Below, in pieces: positions 18,439-25,771 of a DNA stretch of 64,000 nucleotides (position 1 is its first letter; each line of letters starts with the position of its first letter). The notes under the pieces are model-generated. The model searched no databases and was not told the DNA's origin. It was given only the letters and a program-made list of their open reading frames with translations. Origin of the DNA: Candidatus Tayloriibacteriota bacterium (GTDB lineage Bacteria > Patescibacteriota > Minisyncoccia > Phycocordibacterales > SIBU01). The stretch spans positions 866-64,865 of the forward strand of contig SIBU01000003.1 in NCBI GenBank assembly GCA_009695005.1. Reading direction: 5' to 3'. A program made the position numbers and the translations under genes.

Positions 18439-18445
18439 AAGTTAC

Positions 18446-19090
18446 ATGAATGAGTCACAAACAAATCTTTGGCCAACAAGACTTCTTATCGCGCTGGCGG
18501 TATACATTACTTCCCTAATTGCCGCCAATACTTTGGGTATAAAACTAATGCCTTTCCTCTTTGGCACACATCTATCAGTAGCCGTTTTTTCTTTTCCAAT
18601 TGTCTTCCTAATGACTGATATTGTCGGAGAGATATATGGTAAAAGAGTGGCGCGACAATTCGTCATTGCAGGTTTTGTCAGCACAGCCCTTTTTGTGTTT
18701 TACACAATTCTCTCAAATCTAATGCCTTGGTCTACAGACAAGGCCACACTTTGGGCTCACGGAAGCTATGACGTGATATTTGGAGTAACTGCCAGGATCT
18801 CCATCGCTTCCCTCCTTGCCTTCGCTATCGCCGAATACCAAGATGTTATCGCCTTTTTTTTCTTCAAGAAAAAATTTGGTAGTGATAATTTTTGGATTCG
18901 CTCAAACCTTTCAAACCTCTGGTCGCAATTTCTCGACACTGTTATCTTTACAGTTGTGGCTTTCGCTGGAATATACCCATGGAGCACAATGCTAAGTATT
19001 ATAATCCCATGGTGGCTTTACAAAGTACTGATGGGTTTTCTATATACCCCTCTAAGTTATCTTGGTTTGAAACTTCTAAAACAAAAGTAA
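18446..19090 (+). CDS. yhhQ: Queuosine-precursor transporter family (YhhQ/DUF165)
   Basis: 214 aa and polytopic. FPIVFLMTDIVGEIYGKRVARQFVIAGF matches the YhhQ hallmark (FP-x-tFl-tD-i-E-YG). Confidence 0.7.
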   Translation: MNESQTNLWPTRLLIALAVYITSLIAANTLGIKLMPFLFGTHLSVAVFSFPIVFLMTDIVGEIYGKRVARQFVIAGFVSTALFVFYTILSNLMPWSTDKATLWAHGSYDVIFGVTARISIASLLAFAIAEYQDVIAFFFFKKKFGSDNFWIRSNLSNLWSQFLDTVIFTVVAFAGIYPWSTMLSIIIPWWLYKVLMGFLYTPLSYLGLKLLKQK

Positions 19091-19175
19091 CAAGGCCCAA
19101 GGTTACTGAGGTTAGGGTTTGGTGCGAATCAGAAAACTAAACCCCTTACTCTGCTCCCTAGACCCCCCTTTAAAT

Positions 19176-19709
19176 ATGAAAATTATTTTAGTAATGGTTA
19201 TGTCAGCCGATGGCAAAATCACCGCCGGGGAAAATACAAATGTTCAAGACTGGTCATCAAAAGAGGACCTAAAATATTTTTCCGCCTTAATCAAAAAAAG
19301 CTCCTTGATTATTATGGGCAGAAAAACTTACGAGACTGCAAAAGAAAACATGAGGCTTTCTAAAAAAAATCTTAGAGTGATTATTACCGGAAACCCCAAA
19401 AAATACGAGAGGGAAAAAATTGAAAACCAACTTGAATTTTCCAACACTCCGTTGGCTCCACTCATAAAAAGTCTGGAAAAAAGAGGATATAAAAAAGGCC
19501 TGCTGGTTGGAGGGGCGAAAACAAACGCATCTTTTATTAAGGCAAACCTGATAAATGAAATGTGGCTCACCGTCGAACCCGTCATTCTGGGTAAAGGTAG
19601 AAATCTTTTTCTGGAAAGTCCTCTTATGACTAGCTTAAAATTGCTAAGCTCAAAAAAGCTGAACAAGAAGGGTACTTTATTGCTGAAGTACGATTTTTTC
19701 ACCATCTAA
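19176..19709 (+). CDS. RibD C-terminal domain / dihydrofolate-reductase-like reductase
   Basis: MKIILVMVMSADGKIT, MGRKTYE and LLVGGAKTNASF. The ATG at 19176 is preferred over the ORF-track start at 19119. Confidence 0.7.
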   Translation: MKIILVMVMSADGKITAGENTNVQDWSSKEDLKYFSALIKKSSLIIMGRKTYETAKENMRLSKKNLRVIITGNPKKYEREKIENQLEFSNTPLAPLIKSLEKRGYKKGLLVGGAKTNASFIKANLINEMWLTVEPVILGKGRNLFLESPLMTSLKLLSSKKLNKKGTLLLKYDFFTI

Positions 19710-20540
19710 CTTCATCACAACAGTGCCCACTTGATCGGTCCGCAACACCTTAATTCCAAATTTATCAAATGTTTCCAATGTCTCTTTGTGAGGGTGACCA
19801 TAACTATTCCCTTTCTTGTCAGAAATGACAGCGTAGGACGGAGAAACAAAACCAACAAACTCTTCTGAACTGGAAGTACGAGAACCGTGATGTCCCGCCT
19901 TCAAAACATCACTTTTTAAATTTTTACCATCGAGCAAGACCAAATACTGCTCAACATTCTGTGGAGAATCGCCGGTAAACATTATCGAGGTATTTCCATA
20001 AACAAGCCGACCGACAATCGATCCGTCGTTGGTGGAAACTCCTGAAACGTCTCTGTCGGGAAACAAAACTTCAAAATACGCTCCGCCTCCCAACATAATT
20101 TTTTCTCCCCTCTTCGCTATGTAGAGTTTTACTTTTTTATCCTTAATTTCTTTTTCTAATGTTCTTGCTTCAGACGATGCTCCGACTGTACCGGGCTCTA
20201 CAGCGAAATTAACTTCGTAAGAATTAAGTAATTCAACAAATCCTCCAAGATGGTCCTTGTCAGGATTGGAAACCATTATCATATCTATGGAATGATCATA
20301 AAATGGCATCATCTTTCCAATTTCTCTGAGCAAAGCTCCTGATGGAGGCCCGCCATCTATTAGCATCTGATTGCCACTCGGTGATTCAACAAAAATCGCA
20401 TCTCCCTGACCAATATCTAAAAATGCTATTGTCAAAATTCCGTGCCGATCTTCCCGGAAAACTGCGTACCAAATTAAAACTGTTATACCAAAAAGAAAAA
20501 CCAAAAAATATAATTGCAAATTTTTTCTTACACTTTCCAT
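19677..20540 (-). CDS. ComEC C-terminal metallo-beta-lactamase domain encoded as a separate gene
   Basis: An N-terminal TM helix is followed by LDIGQGDAIFVESPSGNQMLIDGG, NPDKDHLGG and KAGHHGS. Confidence 0.8.
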   Translation of the reverse strand: MESVRKNLQLYFLVFLFGITVLIWYAVFREDRHGILTIAFLDIGQGDAIFVESPSGNQMLIDGGPPSGALLREIGKMMPFYDHSIDMIMVSNPDKDHLGGFVELLNSYEVNFAVEPGTVGASSEARTLEKEIKDKKVKLYIAKRGEKIMLGGGAYFEVLFPDRDVSGVSTNDGSIVGRLVYGNTSIMFTGDSPQNVEQYLVLLDGKNLKSDVLKAGHHGSRTSSSEEFVGFVSPSYAVISDKKGNSYGHPHKETLETFDKFGIKVLRTDQVGTVVMKLDGEKIVLQQ

Positions 20541-20600
20541 AAAAAAATTATATCATTTTCCTGTGATATACTAACCAAATTAAGAGTTAATATAAGAAAT

Positions 20601-21185
20601 ATGACAAAATTTGAGGCTCAAAAATTTAACATTCCACAATTAAAGGGAATATCAGCAAAAACCATAGAGGAACATTTAAAGCTTTACTCCGGATATGTAA
20701 ATAACTTAAATACGATCCACGAGATTGTGGAAAATACGGCGAACCCTGAATACGCAAGAAGAGAAGCTTACCGCAGGCAAGGGTTTGAATTTGGCGGTAT
20801 GCGCAACCACGAAGTTTATTTTTCACAATTTGAAGGTGGACCGAAAGCGCAGGACACCAACTCCCCTTTTTACCAAAAAATTATCGAATGGACTGGCTCT
20901 TTCGAGAAATTCCTAGAAATTTTCAAAAACCTAGCGACCACCCGAGGTGTCGGCTGGGCAATGCTTGGTTTCGACAGAAAAACCGACAAACTAATCCAAT
21001 ATTGGGTAGATGAGCAACACCTAGGTCACCTCCCTGGCGTAAACTTAATACTAGCTCTTGATATGTGGGAACACTCTTACGTTGCTGATTACCAACCAAG
21101 TGGAAAGAAAAATTACGTTGAAGATTTTTTCGCAAATTTAAATTGGAATGTTATTGAGGAAAACTATCTACGCGCTACCAAATAG
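20601..21185 (+). CDS. sod: Fe/Mn-family superoxide dismutase
   Basis: EEHLKLYSGYVNNLN, GGMRNHEVYF and LDMWEHSYVADYQ (D-x-WEH-x-Y metal site). The ATG at 20601 (MTKFEAQKF) is preferred over the ORF-track start. Confidence 0.85.
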   Translation: MTKFEAQKFNIPQLKGISAKTIEEHLKLYSGYVNNLNTIHEIVENTANPEYARREAYRRQGFEFGGMRNHEVYFSQFEGGPKAQDTNSPFYQKIIEWTGSFEKFLEIFKNLATTRGVGWAMLGFDRKTDKLIQYWVDEQHLGHLPGVNLILALDMWEHSYVADYQPSGKKNYVEDFFANLNWNVIEENYLRATK

Positions 21186-21216
21186 CATTACCGCTAGATC
21201 CCGAACAAAGTAAGAG

Positions 21217-21285
21217 GTGAAAGACTTCTTCACAAACCTAAACTGGGAAGTAGTAGAAAGGAATTTTCTGGAAGCCTCTAAATAG
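21217..21285 (+). pseudogene. Relic second copy of the sod 3' end
   Basis: Translates as VKDFFTNLNWEVVERNFLEASK*, against the intact C-terminus VEDFFANLNWNVIEENYLRATK*. That is 14/22 identical, and it lies 31 nt after the sod stop. Confidence 0.65.
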
Positions 21286-21364
21286 AAATTCAAAAAAAAT
21301 AGCCCGACCGTTTGAATGGTGAGCCAGATAACTGACGCGAGTCCAAAAAGAGCAATCCTGCTTA

Positions 21365-21706
21365 TTAAGCATATAGGCCGATTATGTTCTCCAACTGTCT
21401 GCGCAATGCATGATCATATCCCTCATACCCATTTCGACCATCTTCTGCGTCGATAATGCGGGAAATTTGATCAGTGGTTGTGACAAAACGTTCAACGGCT
21501 GTCCACCGTTCCCCTTCACTGTTCCCGACGACACAGTTACCGAGCAACGATGCGATCACTGCAAAAGGTGTTCGCAGGTCCGGCAAATTCCGGTGTTTGA
21601 GTAATATTCTCTTTCCGACGGGAACGCCGTACCAACCCCCGCACGAAATGAGTTGTTCAAGCACACAGAGATAGACCTCGATACCTAGAGGTTTTATAGC
21701 ATTCAT
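21365..21706 (-). CDS. Hypothetical protein (113 aa), GC-richer orphan
   Basis: ORF-track ORF with no SD and no family recognised. Confidence 0.35.
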   Translation of the reverse strand: MNAIKPLGIEVYLCVLEQLISCGGWYGVPVGKRILLKHRNLPDLRTPFAVIASLLGNCVVGNSEGERWTAVERFVTTTDQISRIIDAEDGRNGYEGYDHALRRQLENIIGLYA

Positions 21707-21893
21707 ATTAAGGAGACTTCCTAAAGTCTTAGGATAGCAGGCTTTAGGAAAATTGCCTGTTGATTGCGTTTCTATAACACAGAAAATTGTCTATTGCCTA
21801 GACTCACGAACGAACTGTGTGACGCTAAAAGGGTAAAATCGAACCGCAAATATGAAATAAAAAAACGAGAGGGTTACTCTCGCTAATGAAACT

Positions 21894-22250
21894 TCAAAGA
21901 CAGATATCAAGGGCCTTGCCTGCCGTGAACGCTTCCTTAATAATCCGTGCGCGATAAAGTTTCAATTCCGAATCATGAGGCTGGCAGGCCTGCCAAAACC
22001 CGTAAGTCACCAATTCTTCCGCACTCCCACATGGACACTGCCCGTACAATTCCCTAAGCACAGGACAGAGCTTTGATGGAGGATCAAATGACACCTGAAT
22101 TTCACGGATCTTGGTCCTGCAAATCTCCCGCCACCGAAGCATGAGAGCTTTGTATTCTTGACTCTTCCACCTGACTTTGGAAAGGAGGTGACGGACTTCC
22201 ACAAATGTCCCGCACTCCTCGACTCGAGGGAAACTGACTTTTTTTCTCAT
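21894..22250 (-). CDS. Hypothetical Cys-containing protein (~118 aa from MRKKVSF), GC-richer orphan
   Basis: The ORF-track ORF 21894..22403 overlaps the comEC 3' end. The internal ATG at 22250 removes that overlap. Confidence 0.35.
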   Translation of the reverse strand: MRKKVSFPRVEECGTFVEVRHLLSKVRWKSQEYKALMLRWREICRTKIREIQVSFDPPSKLCPVLRELYGQCPCGSAEELVTYGFWQACQPHDSELKLYRARIIKEAFTAGKALDICL

Positions 22251-22291
22251 AATTATTTTGGGTTCAACTGCCTGCAATAGAGTACTGCAAA

Positions 22292-23824
22292 TCAGAAATG
22301 TGTCAAGGAAGTCTCCTCCGCGACGCAGGACGTCGCGGAGGAGACTTTTCTTAGCCTCAAATAAATAATCAGATAACCAACATACCAAACAACCGCGAGC
22401 CACAGCGGAAAATCACTAAGAGTAACAGAAGCAAACGGCAGGTGTGCGAACCACTCCACTACCCCGAGCTCATATGACAATAAAGCATAGGCAACCCAAG
22501 CAAACGGGAGTGATAGAACGCTCCATACAAACCCTGCCATCCCCGCAAGAAACCCCGAAATCATTGTCGCAGGAATAACCGCGAGAATAAGAAGGTTCAC
22601 AGGAAGCGCAACGATGGAAAATATCCCCGTTTTATAAAGAATAAATGGCAAAACAAAAAGCTGGGTTGCCACCGTCGCCACCACTACCCCACGTAGACCA
22701 AACCTCTCCGTGACCCACTTAACTCTAGGCTCAATCAATGGAGAAAAATAAATCAAACCCAAAGTTGCCAAAAAACTAAGCTGGAATGACACATCGAAAA
22801 CCAAAATTTTCGGATTGTGAATAAGCATAACTAATCCGGCAAAAAGAAGCGCTCTGGTCACAACATATGTTCTTCCCGTAGCCTTCGACAAAATTACAAT
22901 AAGCGCCATAATGGTCGCACGAACCACAGTAGCGCTTGCTCCGACCATTATCGCAAAAAGAACCATTCCTAAAGTGGCTAAAATTAATCGAATGTTTTTT
23001 CTGACTCGGCTGAATAACCATTCAATAAAGTAAGCAATAATTGTAATGTTATAACCAGAGAGCACCACAATATGAATGACTCCAACAGTTCTGAAATCCT
23101 CCAAAAGCTTTTTTCCGAGGGACTGTTTAGCTCCGACAATTAAACCGTTCAATAAAGAGGAGTGCGGCTGTTTAATTACCCGATTTATGTTTTCAACAAA
23201 AGCCTTCTTAAAAGTAAACAGTGCTGACAAAATAAAGTTCCCTTCCCTTTGCCCCAAAACCGTGATTTTGGGCTTAAACATTTCGTAATAAATACTGTCC
23301 TTCGCAAGGTAACTTCGGTAATCTACTTCACGCAAGGTGGTTTCATCCGTAAAATTCTTCGGTAACTCCAATTTACCCACAAGCGATAGGCTGTCACCAT
23401 ACTCCCTCTGTGGGATATTGTCCGTGGTGACCAAAATATCTGCATTTACTTCTCTCTCAATATCTCCAACCTTGACCTTTCTAACTGTAAATATCAGACG
23501 CGCTACTTTCTCTCGTCTGTCAGGCTCGTCTGACACCAGTCCTTCCAAAACAACATGTTTTCCGACATATAAGTCTAGAGCGTTTCGCACTGACAATCTG
23601 TCAGCGACATCGAAACGTAGCATACCAAGAGCTGAAGCAAAAATAAAAAGTGAAAAAAGTAATCCCCGGCCCCGCTCCGCGGGGCCGGGGATTATAAAAA
23701 ACAACATTAGTGCAAAGGAAATTACAACAACAAACAAAGAAAACGAAATACCGAAGCGTAAAAATGAACGGATGAATATTCCAAAGGCAAGCCCCCCAAC
23801 ACAGATGTGTAAAACTTTATCCAT
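22292..23824 (-). CDS. comEC: ComEC/Rec2 DNA-uptake channel (DUF4131 plus competence domain, no MBL domain)
   Basis: 510 aa and polytopic. IHIVVLSGYNITIIAY matches the ComEC H-x-x-x-x-SG motif. A perfect 15-bp inverted repeat (22311..22345) lies inside the last 20 codons. Confidence 0.85.
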   Translation of the reverse strand: MDKVLHICVGGLAFGIFIRSFLRFGISFSLFVVVISFALMLFFIIPGPAERGRGLLFSLFIFASALGMLRFDVADRLSVRNALDLYVGKHVVLEGLVSDEPDRREKVARLIFTVRKVKVGDIEREVNADILVTTDNIPQREYGDSLSLVGKLELPKNFTDETTLREVDYRSYLAKDSIYYEMFKPKITVLGQREGNFILSALFTFKKAFVENINRVIKQPHSSLLNGLIVGAKQSLGKKLLEDFRTVGVIHIVVLSGYNITIIAYFIEWLFSRVRKNIRLILATLGMVLFAIMVGASATVVRATIMALIVILSKATGRTYVVTRALLFAGLVMLIHNPKILVFDVSFQLSFLATLGLIYFSPLIEPRVKWVTERFGLRGVVVATVATQLFVLPFILYKTGIFSIVALPVNLLILAVIPATMISGFLAGMAGFVWSVLSLPFAWVAYALLSYELGVVEWFAHLPFASVTLSDFPLWLAVVWYVGYLIIYLRLRKVSSATSCVAEETSLTHF

Positions 23825-23873
23825 TCTATTTATTGCTTAAATACATCCTAAATGCTAACCTTTTTCCAGAGGA

Positions 23874-24104
23874 ATGAATACTACATATATCAAGGCAATT
23901 CTGACGGCAACAGTCCTTTCACTTTTACCCCTACTCAAGTATTTCCTGTCTGATTCGTTTCGTCTATTTCGTTTCCGATTAGCAAAACGCGTAGCCGGGT
24001 TAACTGGCAGGGTAGCAGAAGAAAACTGGAAGGAAGTTCGTGACGAGAGACAAAAGTGGGACAACGATCATCCATACGCACCTAAATGGCACCACGAGAG
24101 ATAG
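23874..24104 (+). CDS. Possible small membrane protein (76 aa)
   Basis: ORF-track ORF with an N-terminal TM helix. A plus-strand terminator at 24265..24292 supports plus-strand transcription here. After the in-frame TAG, 55 more codons remain open. Confidence 0.3.
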   Translation: MNTTYIKAILTATVLSLLPLLKYFLSDSFRLFRFRLAKRVAGLTGRVAEENWKEVRDERQKWDNDHPYAPKWHHER

Positions 24105-24264
24105 GAACTATTGCGACGAGAACTTGGACTCTTCATGCTTTTTGTAGATAAGGGGCCAAAATTTTCACAAGCCCTAATTGAGTGCAGGGGAAAGGACATT
24201 AAAACTCTAGCAGCTCAAATCTACAACGAGGGTGAACTTTTCCAAAGCCAAGGCGAACCTGATG

Positions 24265-24292
24265 ATGAGTAACGTGTGTTACTCATTTTTTT
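24265..24292 (+). terminator. Rho-independent terminator (plus strand)
   Basis: 9-bp stem atgagtaac / gttactcat with the loop gtgt, followed by a run of 7 T. Confidence 0.7.
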
Positions 24293-25013
24293 ATGAAGAA
24301 AACTCCGAAATTATTTGCTTTTCATTTTCGTCGCTTGTGGCTTTTTTAAACCTTGCTGGTTTACCTTTCACTCGCGCCTCGCACTCGGCCCATGTCTTAT
24401 GCGTCATAATTTTGCCACCCACCAAACTCACATATGAATATGCTTTCGCTTTAGAATGTGCACGACTTGAACTCTTATTTTGCGCCACACTGGTATCGTA
24501 ACTAATATCCAAAATATTCTTTATTCTGTAATTCTCGAGAACTCCAGAATACAGTTCCGGCTTCTCATCGTCAGCGAAGGCCGTGGCAATTTCATCACAC
24601 CTCTCATTCCCTGCCACCCCGACGTGCCCACCAACTTGTTTCCACTCAATTTTCTTACCTTGGGTCAAACCAAAAAGATTTTCCCAAAGGTCACGGTTTT
24701 CCACAGGTGATTTTGTTGAAGTAATCCAATTGTTTTTTCTCCAACCAAATATCCACTTAGTAATACCGTTGATGACGTAGGAGGAGTCACAGTAGACAAC
24801 AATTGGAACTTGATCTTTAACATTTGGCAGAAAGGACAGAGCTGAAATTACAGCTTGAAGCTCCATGCGATTGTTGGTCGTGTATTCTTCCCTTCCGCCC
24901 AATTCTTGTACGTTCAACTTGTTGTTGTAAACAACGACTGCGCCAAAACCTCCCGGCCCTGGGTTACCCCTAGATGAACCATCGGTGAATATAGTTATTG
25001 AATCAGGAATCAT
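24291..25013 (-). CDS. rnhA: Ribonuclease HI with a C-terminal hybrid-binding-like domain
   Basis: RNase H core motifs: TDGSSRGNPGPGG, NNRMELQA, DSSYV and GHVGVAGNERCD. C-terminal tail: AYSYVSLVGGKIMTHKTWAECEARVKGKPARFKKATS. Confidence 0.9.
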   Translation of the reverse strand: MIPDSITIFTDGSSRGNPGPGGFGAVVVYNNKLNVQELGGREEYTTNNRMELQAVISALSFLPNVKDQVPIVVYCDSSYVINGITKWIFGWRKNNWITSTKSPVENRDLWENLFGLTQGKKIEWKQVGGHVGVAGNERCDEIATAFADDEKPELYSGVLENYRIKNILDISYDTSVAQNKSSSRAHSKAKAYSYVSLVGGKIMTHKTWAECEARVKGKPARFKKATSDENEKQIISEFSS

Positions 25014-25040
25014 GATTTATGAATTATGAATTAAGAATAT

Positions 25041-25074
25041 AAAAAAAGAAAGGTCCGAAATCTAGTTTCGGGCC
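25041..25074 (-). terminator. Terminator after 25109..25666
   Basis: 9-bp stem ggtccgaaa / tttcgggcc (one G-U pair). On the minus strand it is followed by tttcttttttt. Confidence 0.65.
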
Positions 25075-25108
25075 TTTTGCGCAAGAATCAACAGGGAACC
25101 TTACGGCA

Positions 25109-25666
25109 TTAGACCGCCTCACGTGGTCTACCGCATGCACGTACCAATTCAATCAGTTGCCGATAGGTCTCTGCTTTTTGAACAACAGAGCACTGAGCCC
25201 AATATCGCAAAGCCTCCCAGCACTCTGTATGGAAAGAGTCTTCCGACTTCATCCCGCGTGGGAGAGTATCATCTGTAACCACAACAACAGATGAACTGGT
25301 TGAGACAAAACTAGAAGGTGGCCTATCGTCGGCATCAGTCTTCTCTTGCATAAAATGGCTCTCCCATAAAAGCCAGCGTGCATCCGGAAAAAGGGCTGGT
25401 TTCTTCTCCAAAAGAAGCCGACGCATGTTGATTTTCCTGTTTTTCTGATCTTCAACGAGCCTTGTAAAAACAGTACGCACCAGATTGTTCAATCCTACTC
25501 CGATAGGCACCGTGAGATGCTCGGGTTGAATCGTAAATTGGAATGTACAGGAACCCACCCATTCAGTGGTCTCCCTCAAATCCTTTAAGTGATTAAAGGG
25601 TAAATGTTGAAGGTGGGGTTTCAGAAGCAATAGGGCCTTTGGCATTGAGAACCTGGACGAATCCAT
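25109..25666 (-). CDS. Hypothetical protein (185 aa), GC-richer orphan
   Basis: ORF-track ORF with its own terminator downstream. No family recognised. Confidence 0.5.
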   Translation of the reverse strand: MDSSRFSMPKALLLLKPHLQHLPFNHLKDLRETTEWVGSCTFQFTIQPEHLTVPIGVGLNNLVRTVFTRLVEDQKNRKINMRRLLLEKKPALFPDARWLLWESHFMQEKTDADDRPPSSFVSTSSSVVVVTDDTLPRGMKSEDSFHTECWEALRYWAQCSVVQKAETYRQLIELVRACGRPREAV

Positions 25667-25771
25667 AGTTTATCCGTTCCTTCGTTGTTTTGTTTTTTTG
25701 TTTATCTTGCGTATCGAGACGAATCCCTAACGCAGAACCACTATAGAGATTATTACCGTAGGGGCAATAAG

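Noticed and set aside
18370-18445. A preQ1 riboswitch upstream of the yhhQ-like transporter
   Set aside because: The only structure is a 20-bp perfect hairpin. There is no small pseudoknot hairpin with an A-rich tail as in preQ1-I/II/III.
22311-22345. The perfect 15-bp inverted repeat as a terminator
   Set aside because: It lies inside the last 20 codons of comEC, and the T-rich tail is on the plus strand where no upstream plus-strand gene exists. It is recorded only as a structural element, possibly a recombination or insertion boundary.
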